Assembly (NCBI GenBank): GCA_049325295.1
Contig: JBMOMD010000021.1
Span: 87,560-151,559 of the forward strand
Length of the DNA: 64,000 nt
Direction of reading: 5' to 3'
Source of the DNA: Nitrospirota bacterium
GTDB taxonomy: Bacteria; Nitrospirota; Nitrospiria; 2-01-FULL-66-17
Shown: in pieces, positions 44,909 to 54,831 of the stretch
Layout of the letters: every line of letters starts with the position of its first letter
Numbering within the stretch: the first letter of the stretch is position 1
Notes under the pieces: model-generated
What the model was told of the DNA's origin: nothing
Database searches by the model: none
The model's input: only the letters and a program-made list of their open reading frames with translations
Position numbers and translations under genes: made by a program

Positions 44909-46492
44909 ATGATCCTCCCGGAGTCCCTGATGCGCACGATGCCGTTGACGACCACGTCTCCGCGATTTCTGTCCCCCGAGCCCGTGGTGGTCCTCACCAA
45001 GGCGTTTACCGAGCCGTTTCGCAACGCGATCGCCACGGCCAAGACCTGTTATTCCGGAAACGGGATCGTCAGCGACGAGCAGGTGAGCAACGGCTACGAG
45101 GCGCTGGCCCGCAGCATTTACCAGGCCGGGCACCACACCACGCTGCAGCACGCGCACTTTCAATTCGCGCTCTCCAACGTGTCGCGGCAGTTCATCTGGT
45201 CGTTCCTGCACAGCCATCCGTTCTATAACTCCGAGCAGGTCAGCCAGCGCTACGTCACCATGAAGCAGGAGAGCGTGGCGGTCCCGCCGTTGGAGGGCGA
45301 GGCGCTCGCGTTGTACCGCAAGACCGTGGCGCGGCAGATGGCCGCGTACGCGGAGTTTTCGGAACGATTGCGGCCACTCGCGGACCGGGAGTGGGCCGCG
45401 CGCTTTCCGCGCAGCCGCAAACACTTTGCGCGCGACGTGAAGAAGAAGGCGCAGGAAGTGGCGCGGTACGTGGCGCCGGTGGCCGCGTTGTCGTACCTGT
45501 ACCATACGGTCAGCGGCATCACCTTGCTGCGGTATTATCGCCTCTGCCGCCAATACGACGCGCCGTTCGAGCAACGCCTGGTGGTGCAGCAGATGGTCGA
45601 CGCGGTGCTGGACGTGGACCCCCGCTACCGGACGATTCTGGAAGAACCGTTGGATGAACACGCCACGCCGGAGGCCGCGTTTTTCGCGGCATCGCCGGGT
45701 GATTCCGCCACGGCCCGCGCCTTCTGCGCGGAGTTCGACGCCCAGCTCGACGGGCGCACCTCCAAACTGGTCGATTACAAAGCGCACAACGAACGGCTGT
45801 TGGCCGACGCGGTGCGCGAGGTGCTGGGCCTGCCCGCGTCGCGGTTGAGCGACGACGCGGCCATCGACCTCACGCTCAACCCGGCCCGGAACCCATTGCT
45901 GGGCGAGTCGCTCAACCTCACCACGCACGGCAAGCTCGCCCGCGCGATGGTCCACCCGGCGTACACGTTCAAAAAGAAATTGAGCCACACCGCGGACTCG
46001 CAGGATCAGCGCCACCGGATGACGCCCGCGTCGCGCCCCGTGCTCGCGGCCCACCTCTTCGACGCGCCCGACGTGATCGTGCCGGAACTGATCCGCGAGG
46101 ACCCGACGCTGGAACGCGATTACCACGCGGTCATGGCCGAGACGTGGGACGCGATCGGCCGGTTGCGTCGGTTGGGCGCGCCGGATGAATTCGCCATGTA
46201 CCTGCTGCCCAACGCCGCGGCCGTGCGCTTTACCGAATCCGCCGACTTATTGAACCTTCGCCACAAACACGCCATGCGCCTGTGCTACAACGCGCAGGAA
46301 GAGATCTGGCGCGCCTCGTTGGATGAAGCGCTCCAGGTCCGCGAGGTCAACCCCCGCATCGGCAAGTTTCTCCTGCCGCCCTGCACCCTGCGCGACATGG
46401 CCGAGGCCCTCCCCAAATGTCCGGAAGGGGAGCGGTACTGTGGGGTGAAGGTGTGGCGGCTCGATCTGTCCGAATTTCAGCGGCTGGTGTAA
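44909..46492 (+). CDS. thyX: FAD-dependent thymidylate synthase ThyX, double-length (tandem ThyX-like halves)
   Basis: 527 aa. The N-half has 'GHHTTLQHAHFQFALSNVSRQF..SEQVSQRYV' and the C-half has 'DSQDQRHRMTPASRP'. Together these resemble the ThyX signature. Confidence 0.7.
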   Translation: MILPESLMRTMPLTTTSPRFLSPEPVVVLTKAFTEPFRNAIATAKTCYSGNGIVSDEQVSNGYEALARSIYQAGHHTTLQHAHFQFALSNVSRQFIWSFLHSHPFYNSEQVSQRYVTMKQESVAVPPLEGEALALYRKTVARQMAAYAEFSERLRPLADREWAARFPRSRKHFARDVKKKAQEVARYVAPVAALSYLYHTVSGITLLRYYRLCRQYDAPFEQRLVVQQMVDAVLDVDPRYRTILEEPLDEHATPEAAFFAASPGDSATARAFCAEFDAQLDGRTSKLVDYKAHNERLLADAVREVLGLPASRLSDDAAIDLTLNPARNPLLGESLNLTTHGKLARAMVHPAYTFKKKLSHTADSQDQRHRMTPASRPVLAAHLFDAPDVIVPELIREDPTLERDYHAVMAETWDAIGRLRRLGAPDEFAMYLLPNAAAVRFTESADLLNLRHKHAMRLCYNAQEEIWRASLDEALQVREVNPRIGKFLLPPCTLRDMAEALPKCPEGERYCGVKVWRLDLSEFQRLV

Positions 46493-46518
46493 CCGGATGC
46501 CAAAAATATCTGGAGCAT

Positions 46519-46596
46519 GGTTCGACGGGCTCACCACGAACGGGAACTTTGAACTCATTACAGACCCCTCTCCGTTCGTCCTGAGCTTGTCGAAGG
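46519..46596. repeat. REP-like inverted repeat
   Basis: GGTTCGACGGGCTCACCACGAACGG (46519-46543) versus the reverse complement of CCGTTCGTCCTGAGCTTGTCGAAGG (46572-46596), 21/25 matching. It gives the spurious 'FDKLRTNG' / 'RQAQDER' peptides often seen in such repeats. Confidence 0.55.
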
Positions 46597-46633
46597 ACAT
46601 CTGCGAGGTTCCGCATTCTCCTCCTAAGATTCC

Positions 46634-47095
46634 GTGAGTTCTGACGAGTGTTCCGCCGCGCCGTCGCCCGAGGAGAAGTGGGCGGCCAATCGGGCCAAGG
46701 TCGAGTTCGCCATGACCTTTCCCGGCCTTATCCGGGAATGGGCCGACGCGCGCGGGAAAACCGTGGACACGATCGTCGCGAGCGGGGACGCGCGGGTCGT
46801 CATTTTTTCGGACGGCACGTTCGCGTTGGTCCCATCGCGGGACCTGGATCCGGCGGCGATGATGGCCGCGCTGGCCGCGGCGCGGCCACGGCTGGAACCC
46901 GCGCACCCCGACGCGTACGCCGAGCTCGATCGGTTGGCGGCGCGCGATCGCGAATTGGGGCGTCGCGCGCGGCTGGAAAACATTTTGGGGGCGATCCGAC
47001 ACAACGCCGCGGATATCCCCGAACTCAAAGACGCGGTGCGGCGCTTGGCCGCGTCGTTGCCCGACCATATGGAGACTGATGACCAAAAAGACTAA
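46634..47095 (+). CDS. Hypothetical protein (153 aa)
   Basis: GTG-started ORF with protein-like composition. It overlaps the next gene by 17 nt. No motif recognised. Confidence 0.4.
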   Translation: MSSDECSAAPSPEEKWAANRAKVEFAMTFPGLIREWADARGKTVDTIVASGDARVVIFSDGTFALVPSRDLDPAAMMAALAAARPRLEPAHPDAYAELDRLAARDRELGRRARLENILGAIRHNAADIPELKDAVRRLAASLPDHMETDDQKD

Positions 47096-48116
47096 ACCGC
47101 AGGCCGTGAAGGAATTCGAAACGCTCGCCGCCGAATTCTCGCAACTGGCGCAGGCCTCCGGCGACACCGACCTGTTCGCGGATCTGGCGGGAACCATCCA
47201 TCGATTGCTCACGGAAAAGACGGACCGCGGCGACGTGAAGCTCATTGCCCGCGCGTTTCGCGAGTTGCGCTACGCGTTCAAGACGTTCACGCCGTACCGC
47301 AACACCCGCAAAGTCACGGTGTTCGGGTCCGCGCGGACCAAGGACGGCGCGCCCACGTACCTGCAGGCGGTGGCCTTCGCCCGCGGCATGGTGGAACAAG
47401 GGTACATGGTGATCACCGGCGCGGGAGACGGCATCATGAAGGCCGCGCAAGAGGGCGCGGGCCGCGCGCGCAGCTTCGGGGTGAACATCGAGCTGCCGTT
47501 CGAACAGTTGGCCAACGAGTTCATCCACGCCGACCCCAAATTGATCGACTGCAAATATTTCTTCACCCGGAAATTGATCTTCGTCAAAGAGAGTCACGCG
47601 CTCGCCTTGTTTCCCGGCGGGTGGGGCACCATGGACGAAGGGTTCGAGGTGTTGACGCTCCAACAGACCGGCAAGAGCCCGCCCATGCCCATCGTGTTCG
47701 TGGACGAACCCGGCGGGTCGTATTGGGCCGAGTGGCGGGAGTACAACGTCCGCCACCTGCTCAACCGCGGGTTGATTTCCCCGGAAGACTTGCGCCTCTT
47801 TGCCATCACGGATCGTCCGGAGGTCGCGGTCCAGGAGATCGTCCAGTTCTACAAGAACTACCATTCCTCGCGCTACGTGCACGGCCGGTTGGTGCTCCGG
47901 CTCAACCGCCCGGTGCCGGACGCCCTGCTGGACGCGATCAACGAGGAGTTCGCGGATCTGGTGAGTCAGGGGAGCATCGAACAAGGCGCGGCGTTGCCCG
48001 AGGAGCGCAACGAACACGAGGTGCTGCACCTGCCCCGGCTGATGTTGTGGTTCAACCGAAAGAACTCCGGCCGGTTGCGTCAGCTCATCGACCGCATCAA
48101 CTCCGGGTACGAATGA
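47079..48116 (+). CDS. LOG/TIGR00730-family nucleotide 5'-monophosphate nucleosidase-like protein
   Basis: 'VTVFGSAR', '[13 protein letters not shown]' and '[16 protein letters not shown]' (PGGxGTxxE) motifs, plus a C-terminal extension. Confidence 0.7.
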   Translation: MTKKTKPQAVKEFETLAAEFSQLAQASGDTDLFADLAGTIHRLLTEKTDRGDVKLIARAFRELRYAFKTFTPYRNTRKVTVFGSARTKDGAPTYLQAVAFARGMVEQGYMVITGAGDGIMKAAQEGAGRARSFGVNIELPFEQLANEFIHADPKLIDCKYFFTRKLIFVKESHALALFPGGWGTMDEGFEVLTLQQTGKSPPMPIVFVDEPGGSYWAEWREYNVRHLLNRGLISPEDLRLFAITDRPEVAVQEIVQFYKNYHSSRYVHGRLVLRLNRPVPDALLDAINEEFADLVSQGSIEQGAALPEERNEHEVLHLPRLMLWFNRKNSGRLRQLIDRINSGYE

Positions 48117-48937
48117 CGCGGCGCGCGATCGATCGATTGGGGGTCTTAGGCGCCGGCCGGATGGGCGCGGCGTTGGTGCGTGGCGCGCTACGCGCGGGAC
48201 TGTGCGTCCCGGACAAGGTGGCCGTGGCCGATCCGGTCGCGGACGCGGTGCGAGCGCTCGTCGCCGACACCGGGGCGTCGGCCGCGGCGGACAATCGGGC
48301 CGCGGTCGCGGCATCCTCGGTCGTGGTGCTGGCGGTCAAGCCGCAGATCATCGACCGCGTGCTGGATGAGATTCGCGACGCGGTCACGGCGGACCATTTG
48401 CTCATCTCGATCGCGGCCGGCGTGCCGGTGTCGCGTCTGGCCGCGCGACTGCCTCCCGACACGCGGCTGGCCCGCGTGATGCCCAATACGCCGCTGTTGA
48501 TCGGCGCCGGGGCCACGGCCTACGCCATGGGGCCGTCCGCGCGCGAGGGCGACGCGGCGACGGTGCAGTCGTTGTTCGGCGCGTTGGGATGGGCGGTCCG
48601 CGTTCCCGAGGCGATGTTGGACGCGGTGACCGGGCTGAGCGGCAGCGGTCCGGCGTTCGTGTTCTCCATGATCGAGGCGCTGATCGACGGCGGCATCAAG
48701 GCCGGACTGCCGGCTGACGTGGCGCGGGATTTGGCCGTGCACACCGCGGTGGGCGCGGCGCGTTTGGTGGCCGAAACCGGGGCGTCGCCGGCCGCGCTGC
48801 GCGAACAGGTCGTTTCGCCCGGAGGCACCACCGTGGCCGGACTGGCCGCGTTGGAGGCCAAGGGGTTTCGGGAGGCCGTGATCGCGGCGGTCGAAGCCGC
48901 CGCCAAGCGCTCGCGCGAACTCGGCGGCGGGCGCTGA
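48113..48937 (+). CDS. proC: Pyrroline-5-carboxylate reductase
   Basis: The internal ATG overlaps the upstream stop (ATGA). Motifs '[13 protein letters not shown]', '[16 protein letters not shown]' and '[12 protein letters not shown]'. Confidence 0.85.
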   Translation: MTRRAIDRLGVLGAGRMGAALVRGALRAGLCVPDKVAVADPVADAVRALVADTGASAAADNRAAVAASSVVVLAVKPQIIDRVLDEIRDAVTADHLLISIAAGVPVSRLAARLPPDTRLARVMPNTPLLIGAGATAYAMGPSAREGDAATVQSLFGALGWAVRVPEAMLDAVTGLSGSGPAFVFSMIEALIDGGIKAGLPADVARDLAVHTAVGAARLVAETGASPAALREQVVSPGGTTVAGLAALEAKGFREAVIAAVEAAAKRSRELGGGR

Positions 48938-48949
48938 CGAGAACCGGGC

Positions 48950-50281
48950 TTACGCGGCGTCCGGGACCGCCGATCGGCTGCGCGCTTTGAACCGATACAG
49001 ATCGGTGTCGGCCTGGGCGATCAAGGCTTCGATGCCGTCGCCGTCGTGCGGCCAAGACGCCATGCCGAACGAGAAACCCACGTGGGCGGGTTGGCCGTCG
49101 GCCGCGAGCGGCAGCGCCGTGTCGCGAAAACGCTGCCACAACCCGTCCCATTTGGGCGCCACCGCTTCCTTCGGCGCCTGAATCATCAACACCGCGAACT
49201 CGTCGCCTCCCACGCGGGCGATCAAATCGGTCTTGCGAACCCGCCGTCTCAAGAAGAACACCAATTCCTGCAGCGCGCGGTTGCCGGCCAAGTGCCCAAA
49301 GCGGTCGTTGAGTTGCTTGAAGCGGTCGACGTCCAGGAGGATCAGCGTAAACGGCAGATCATGCCGCGCGGCGCGTTCCAACTCGTTGGTGAGCCGATCA
49401 ATGAACGCGCGGTAGTTGAGCACCCCGGTCAGGGGGTCGCGATTGGCGATGTGTTTGAAAAACCGGCCGCGAGAGACCCGCGCGAGCACGCGGCGGACGA
49501 TCTCGTGGCGATCCGCCCCCGTGAGGTAATCGTCGAATCCCAAGCGCAGGGCGACGGTCCGCTCGGCCGGGTTGTCCTCGTCGCTCACGTATAACGCGGA
49601 CGCGTGGTGCAGCCCGTCCTGGCGTTTGAGCGCCGCGTACACGTCCAGGCCGCTGAGCGCCCCGCAGCGCGAACCGATGATCAACGCGTCGGGGATCGTG
49701 GCTCCGAGCACGGTAAAGACGTCGTCGTGGTTCGGACACGTCAACACGTGGACGCCGGCCCGCCGCAGCAATTCCGACACCTGATCCAACGCAGGGCGGT
49801 CGTCGCCGACCGCCAGCACCGTGGGCGGCTCGTTTTCAAACGCGGCGCCGAGGAGTTCTTCGACGGCGTGCAGCAGGCGCGTATGATCGTCGGCGTAGGA
49901 GAAAACCGCGTCGGCGCCGGCTTGCAGCGCGGCCGTCCGCTCGGGCCAGCGCGTATGGCGGACCAGGACGATCACGGGCACGAGATGAGACCGGCTGTCG
50001 CGGCGCAGCGCGGCGCACCACGCCGCGCCGTCGTCTCCGTTCCCGCCGCCGTCCAGGATGACCAACGCGGCGCCGGTCTCGACCACGCGGGTCGCCACGT
50101 CCGGACCGGGCGCGGCGTGCTCCACGCGGTACCCCTCGTGTTCGAGGGCCCGCGTCAACGCGGAACGATCAGCCGGCCGCCCCGCGATGAGCACGGTGGG
50201 CGCGTACACGGTGGGTGACGGCACGGATGGGTGAAGCGGAATCGGCACGAGTGACCTCCCTGTCGGTTGGACGGCGCGCAA
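48950..50281 (-). CDS. PleD-like response regulator: receiver, pseudo-receiver, GGDEF diguanylate cyclase
   Basis: REC1 has 'LVILD'. REC2 lacks the acceptor Asp ('ALIIGS'). C-terminal 'RVGGDEFAVLM' with 'DVDRFKQLND'. Confidence 0.75.
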   Translation of the reverse strand: MRAVQPTGRSLVPIPLHPSVPSPTVYAPTVLIAGRPADRSALTRALEHEGYRVEHAAPGPDVATRVVETGAALVILDGGGNGDDGAAWCAALRRDSRSHLVPVIVLVRHTRWPERTAALQAGADAVFSYADDHTRLLHAVEELLGAAFENEPPTVLAVGDDRPALDQVSELLRRAGVHVLTCPNHDDVFTVLGATIPDALIIGSRCGALSGLDVYAALKRQDGLHHASALYVSDEDNPAERTVALRLGFDDYLTGADRHEIVRRVLARVSRGRFFKHIANRDPLTGVLNYRAFIDRLTNELERAARHDLPFTLILLDVDRFKQLNDRFGHLAGNRALQELVFFLRRRVRKTDLIARVGGDEFAVLMIQAPKEAVAPKWDGLWQRFRDTALPLAADGQPAHVGFSFGMASWPHDGDGIEALIAQADTDLYRFKARSRSAVPDAA

Positions 50282-50344
50282 CGGCTTCGACCGTTGCGTG
50301 AAGAGAGTATAGCAGGAGACTCCGCCCGCGCCGCGAGGCGGCCG

Positions 50345-50725
50345 TTACAGCGGCGTGGAGCGCGCCGTGCAGCGCTTTTGCTGCGCGAGGATGTGATCCA
50401 ATTCGGATTCGAGTTGGTGCTTGGGCGCGTCGCCGATCGCCATGAAATACGGTCGGCCCGAGGCAAAAAACAGCAAGGTGGGCGTGCTCGCGACCCCAAA
50501 ACGCGCGACCAACCCGCGTTCGGCGGTCGCATCCACCTTGGCGAATCGCATCTTGTTGACGAAGCGATGGGACAGCGCGCCGAAGACCGGGGCCAGTTTT
50601 TGGCTGTGTTCGCACGCGGGGCCGAAAAAATTGACCACGACCGGCAACTCGGATTGCGCGACGATCGAGTCCCACGCGGCTTCGGTCACGTTCTTGAGAT
50701 TAACCAACTCTCCGGATTCGTTCAT
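50345..50725 (-). CDS. Thioredoxin-fold protein with a monothiol CxxS motif
   Basis: 'VVVNFFGPACEHSQKLAPVF' aligns with the Trx 'WCGPC' region, with the second Cys replaced by Ser. Starts at 'MNESGEL'. Confidence 0.65.
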   Translation of the reverse strand: MNESGELVNLKNVTEAAWDSIVAQSELPVVVNFFGPACEHSQKLAPVFGALSHRFVNKMRFAKVDATAERGLVARFGVASTPTLLFFASGRPYFMAIGDAPKHQLESELDHILAQQKRCTARSTPL

Positions 50726-50801
50726 GCCGAGTTCCTCCTGTTGGTGACGAGTCCCCTGGGGCAACCGACGGACAGGAGACGGGTGGTGTCGGCCGTGGCG
50801 G

Positions 50802-51899
50802 TCAGCGGGGCACCAACCGATCGAGGTCGGCGCGAGACAACGCGGGGGCCGCGAGGGTCCGCAGGTTCTCCTCCACGTGGCCCACGTCTTTCATGCCGAC
50901 CAGCGCCGTGCCGATTCCCGGCGTGGAGCGCGCGAAGTGAATCGCGCGTTGCGCGTCGGTGGCGTGACCGGGGATGCGGCGCCGAATGTCGCCGGGCAGT
51001 TCCCGCGCCAACCGGTTCTGGTAAAGCGCCGCGCTGCCCATCACGTACAAGTTCAACGCCGAGGCCGCTTCCAGCGCGGTCATGAGCGTGCCGCGTACCG
51101 ACTGGTTCTTGCGGGTGTAGGCTTCGGGCATCGCCAGGCTGTAGGGCAACTGGATCGCCCGAAAATGGTGGCCGTCGCCCGCGACCTGCCGCGCGACGTC
51201 CGCCAGGCGTTCCAGCGACATCAGCCCGGCCGCGGTCGGCGACGCGCGCAGCCCGTTCCAGGTCGCGATGCCGTAACAGCGGATGCGTCCCGCCTGCACG
51301 AGCCCTTCGAGCGTCTCATAGGCCGCGCGCATCCGATCGTAGAACCGGTCGGGGGCGACCTCCTCGAGTTGGGTCTCGGGGTTGTGCAACAGATACACGT
51401 CGAGGCAGGTCACGGCGAGGTTGGCCAGACTGCGATCGACCTGGTGCGACAAGAACCGGGGCGCCAGACAATGGGTCCCGGCGACCATATCCCGGGGATC
51501 GATGAGGCCGGGCAAGACGAACGTCTGCCGAACATACGCGGCGGGGTCGGCCGGCGGTTCGCCGTCGTAAGGCAGATAACCGCCCTTGGTGCACAGCAGG
51601 ATCTGTTCGCGCGGGACGCGGCTCGCGGCGAGCGCCCGGCCGATCGCGCGTTCGCTGCGCTGGCAGCGGTAGTTGATCGCGGTGTCGATGACGTTGCAGC
51701 CCAATTCCACCGCGCGGGCGACCGCGGCTTCGTACACGCGGTCGGTGACGGTGTCCGACGGGCCGAGGTACGTGCCCAGTCCGATTGACGACAGCGTCAG
51801 GCCGTCGAACCCCCGCGGCACGTCGCCGAGCCCGCGCCGTTTCTTCTGCTCGGCAAACGCCGCCGTGCCGTCGGGCGTGGCGTAGCCGGTCATGGTCAT
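50802..51899 (-). CDS. Aldo/keto reductase family oxidoreductase
   Basis: 'LGLGTYLG', 'IDTAINYRCQRSE', 'LDVYLLHNPE' and 'GIATWNG' are typical AKR motifs. Confidence 0.8.
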   Translation of the reverse strand: MTMTGYATPDGTAAFAEQKKRRGLGDVPRGFDGLTLSSIGLGTYLGPSDTVTDRVYEAAVARAVELGCNVIDTAINYRCQRSERAIGRALAASRVPREQILLCTKGGYLPYDGEPPADPAAYVRQTFVLPGLIDPRDMVAGTHCLAPRFLSHQVDRSLANLAVTCLDVYLLHNPETQLEEVAPDRFYDRMRAAYETLEGLVQAGRIRCYGIATWNGLRASPTAAGLMSLERLADVARQVAGDGHHFRAIQLPYSLAMPEAYTRKNQSVRGTLMTALEAASALNLYVMGSAALYQNRLARELPGDIRRRIPGHATDAQRAIHFARSTPGIGTALVGMKDVGHVEENLRTLAAPALSRADLDRLVPR

Positions 51900-52171
51900 G
51901 ACGCGGGCCGCACCTTGATGAAGGGGCGGACGTCGATCGACTGGAACACCCCGCCGGTCACGTACGGGTCACCTTCCGCGAACGCGCGGGCGTCGTCCAG
52001 GGATGGGGCGTCGATGATGACGAGACTGCCGCTGCCGTCGCCGAACGGACCGGCCAGCACCAACCGGCCTTCGCGCGCGAGCGCGTCGATCCGATCAAGA
52101 TGCGCCTGGCGCAGCGAGGGCCGCAACGCCTGGCCTCGGGGGCCGTCGGTTCCGATGATCGCGAACAACAC
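51896..52171 (-). CDS. YciI-family protein
   Basis: 91 aa with 'RPSLRQAHLDRIDALAREGRLVLAGPF' and 'FAEGDPYVTGGVF'. 4-nt overlap with the AKR gene. Confidence 0.7.
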   Translation of the reverse strand: MLFAIIGTDGPRGQALRPSLRQAHLDRIDALAREGRLVLAGPFGDGSGSLVIIDAPSLDDARAFAEGDPYVTGGVFQSIDVRPFIKVRPAS

Positions 52172-52172
52172 G

Positions 52173-52676
52173 CTATCGGCCCGCCAACCAGACCACGTGG
52201 CCCAACTCGGGGAGAATCAATTTCTCCATGGCGAGTCGGACCGCCCCTTCGGATCCCGGGAGCGAAAACACGGCTTTGCCGCGAAACAGTCCGGCGGTGG
52301 CCCGGCTCAACATGGCCGCGGGGCCGATGTCCTGGAACGAGAGCGCGCGAAACAGTTCGCCGAAGCCCTCGATCCGCTTGTCCAGCAACCGGTCGACGGC
52401 TTCGAAGGTGGAGTCACGCCGGGTCAACCCGGTGCCGCCGGTGAGGATGATCGCCTGGGTGGAGGCGTCGGCGCCGAGCCGTTCGAGCACGGCCGTGATG
52501 TCCTTGGGGTCATCCTTCACGATGGTCGATCCGGTGACGCGATGATGGTGCCCCTGGAGCAAGCGGCGGATCACGTCGCCCGAGCGGTCGTCGGCCTGGG
52601 TGCGCGTGTCGCTGCACGTCACCACGTAACACGCGACTTCCCGCGGCGCCTCTGTCCGATGTTCGGCGTGTCCCAT
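52173..52676 (-). CDS. moaB: Molybdenum cofactor biosynthesis protein B (MogA/MoaB family)
   Basis: 'VVTCSDTR', 'IILTGGTGLTRRDST' and 'FSLPGSEGAVRLAMEKLILPELGH'. Confidence 0.75.
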   Translation of the reverse strand: MGHAEHRTEAPREVACYVVTCSDTRTQADDRSGDVIRRLLQGHHHRVTGSTIVKDDPKDITAVLERLGADASTQAIILTGGTGLTRRDSTFEAVDRLLDKRIEGFGELFRALSFQDIGPAAMLSRATAGLFRGKAVFSLPGSEGAVRLAMEKLILPELGHVVWLAGR

Positions 52677-52873
52677 CTCGCCCCCCAGCGGAGGGGCATC
52701 TTACCGTGGCCGTGACGGGGTGTCAACGAAAGTGCGTCGGGAGCCGATGGCTTCGCGACGTCTACGTCAGGTTCCCCGCGCCGTATCGGGGGGAGCGTCA
52801 ACGCCGTGTCTCGACGCTCCCGGGGCCCTATGTTATAGTAGCGCGCGTCGGGCCGTCAATTCCGCAGCGGAGT

Positions 52874-54427
52874 ATGCCGGGCGAGACGTCGCAAGAACCG
52901 TTTGACCTGATCGTGATCGGCGGAGGGATCGTGGGGTCGTGGGTCGCCTACGACGCGGCCCAGCGCGGGTTGCGGGTCGCGTTGTTCGAGCAGGGGGATT
53001 TGGCGAGCGGCACCAGTAGTCGGACGTCCAAATTGATCCACGGCGGGCTGCGGTACCTGGAGCAGGGCGAGTTTCGGCTGGTGGCGGAGGGCACGCGCGA
53101 GCGCGCGGTGTGGATGCGGATCGCGCCCCACCTGGTGCGGCCGCTGCCCTTTTTGTTTCCGCTGTATCGCGGCGCCGGGCGGTCCCCCTGGATGGTTCGA
53201 CTGGGCATGACGTTGTACGACGTCCTGTCTTGGTACCGCAACGTCGAGCCGCATCGCATGCTCTCCGCGATGGAAGCCAAGCGGCTGGAGCCGTCGCTTC
53301 GCGACGCGACGCTGGTGGGCGCCGCCCGATTTTTCGACGCGCAAATGGACGACGCGCGGGCGTGTCTCGAAGTGGGCCTTGCGGCCGCGGCGGCGGGCGC
53401 GCGGATCGAAACGGGCGCGCGGGTCGAGGGCGTGCTGCGGCGCGACGGCCGGGTGATCGGCGTGCGCGTGGGCGCGCGCGACGTGTTCGCGCGGGTGGTG
53501 GTGAACGCCGCGGGCCCGTGGCTGGACCGCGTGAGCGCGATGGCCGGCGGTCCCGCGCGGCGGATTCGCATGACGCGGGGGGCGCACCTGGTGTTGCCGC
53601 CGCTGCTGCGGGAGCACGCGCTCGTTCTCGCCGCGGGGCGGGACGGCCGCGTGTTTTTCGTGATCCCGTGGCGCGGATATACCTTGGTCGGCACCACGGA
53701 CGTGGATTATTCGGGCGATCCCTCGGCGGTGACGTGCTCCGACGAGGAGCGGCGATATTTGCTCGACGAGACCCGAAAGGCGCTGCCCGGCGCCGTCATT
53801 CGGGACCCCGACGTGCTCGCGGAATTCGCGGGCGTGCGGCCGCTCGCCTACGCGGAGGGCGGGTCCGCGTCCGCGGTCAGCCGCGAGGACCTCGTCGCCG
53901 AAGACCCGAACGGGGTGGTGTCCATCGCGGGCGGGAAGTTCACCACGGCGCGCGCCGTGGCCGAGCGCGTCGTGACCCGGATCGCCGCGCGGCTTGGACG
54001 GCGTGATCTCGCCCCGTGCCGAACCGCGACCGCCCCGTTGGCGGGCGGGCATCCCGTCCCGGCCGACCACGCACGCGCGTGGCGCGGGCGGGCCTTGGGT
54101 CTGGGCCTGTCGGACGCGCAATTCGACGCGTTGTTCGCGATGTACGGTTCGCGATTTGACATGGCGCTGGATCTGATGGCGCGGCGCGGCACGGGCGGGC
54201 GGCTGCATCCGGATCTGCCCTGGGTGGGGGCCCAGGTGGATTTTGCGGTCGAACACGAGATGGCCCGCACCGTGGAAGACGTGCTGCGGCGTCGGTTGCC
54301 GATCGCGCTTGGCCCGCACCGCTTCAACGACGTCGTCACCCGCGTCGTGGCTGAACGGATGGGCGCGCTGTTGGGGTGGGACGCCGCGGCGCGCGAGGGG
54401 TACGTCGCGCGGTATTTGGCGGCCTGA
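52874..54427 (+). CDS. glpD: FAD-dependent glycerol-3-phosphate dehydrogenase
   Basis: Internal ATG 'MPGETSQEPFDLIVIGGGIVGS' and 'GTSSRTSKLIHGGLRYLEQGEF'. Upstream ORF residues discarded. Confidence 0.85.
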   Translation: MPGETSQEPFDLIVIGGGIVGSWVAYDAAQRGLRVALFEQGDLASGTSSRTSKLIHGGLRYLEQGEFRLVAEGTRERAVWMRIAPHLVRPLPFLFPLYRGAGRSPWMVRLGMTLYDVLSWYRNVEPHRMLSAMEAKRLEPSLRDATLVGAARFFDAQMDDARACLEVGLAAAAAGARIETGARVEGVLRRDGRVIGVRVGARDVFARVVVNAAGPWLDRVSAMAGGPARRIRMTRGAHLVLPPLLREHALVLAAGRDGRVFFVIPWRGYTLVGTTDVDYSGDPSAVTCSDEERRYLLDETRKALPGAVIRDPDVLAEFAGVRPLAYAEGGSASAVSREDLVAEDPNGVVSIAGGKFTTARAVAERVVTRIAARLGRRDLAPCRTATAPLAGGHPVPADHARAWRGRALGLGLSDAQFDALFAMYGSRFDMALDLMARRGTGGRLHPDLPWVGAQVDFAVEHEMARTVEDVLRRRLPIALGPHRFNDVVTRVVAERMGALLGWDAAAREGYVARYLAA

Positions 54428-54493
54428 CCACGACCCCGCGGTCGGATCGAACCACCGAAGACACGGCGGTTTACCACAACGACGGAGGGTCTC

Positions 54494-54802
54494 ATGGTGT
54501 TGTTGGAATTCAGCATGTCCCCACTGGACAAGGGCGAGAGCGTCGGTCGCTACGTGGCGCGGTCACTGGACATTATCGACAAGAGCGGGGTGGCGTACCG
54601 CTTGAACCCGATGGGGACGGTGCTCGAAGGCGAGTGGGACGAAGTGTTCGGAGTGGTCAAGAAATGTTATGACCGCATGCGCAAGGATTGCCGACGGATC
54701 TCGGTGGGCATTCGCGTGGATTACCGCAAGGGCGCCAAGGGCCGGTTGGACTCCAAAATCGCCAGTGTGGAACGGCGATTGAAGCGAAAAGTCCGCACCT
54801 AA
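54494..54802 (+). CDS. MTH1187/YkoF-family (UPF0045) small protein
   Basis: 'LEFSMSPLDKGESVGRYVARSLDIIDKSGVAYRLNPMGTVLEGEWDEV' is the characteristic family pattern. Confidence 0.75.
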   Translation: MVLLEFSMSPLDKGESVGRYVARSLDIIDKSGVAYRLNPMGTVLEGEWDEVFGVVKKCYDRMRKDCRRISVGIRVDYRKGAKGRLDSKIASVERRLKRKVRT

Positions 54803-54811
54803 CCCTCGCGC

Positions 54812-54831
54812 GCCGAGCGCGGCCGCTCGGC
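54812..54831 (+). terminator. GC hairpin after the MTH1187 gene (no U tract)
   Basis: GCCGAGCG-cggc-CGCTCGGC, a perfect 8-bp stem 10 nt after the stop. Confidence 0.3.

Noticed and set aside
54428-54493. A TPP riboswitch upstream of the YkoF/MTH1187-family gene.
   Set aside because: The 66-nt spacer is too short and lacks the CTGAGA / ACCTGA core motifs.
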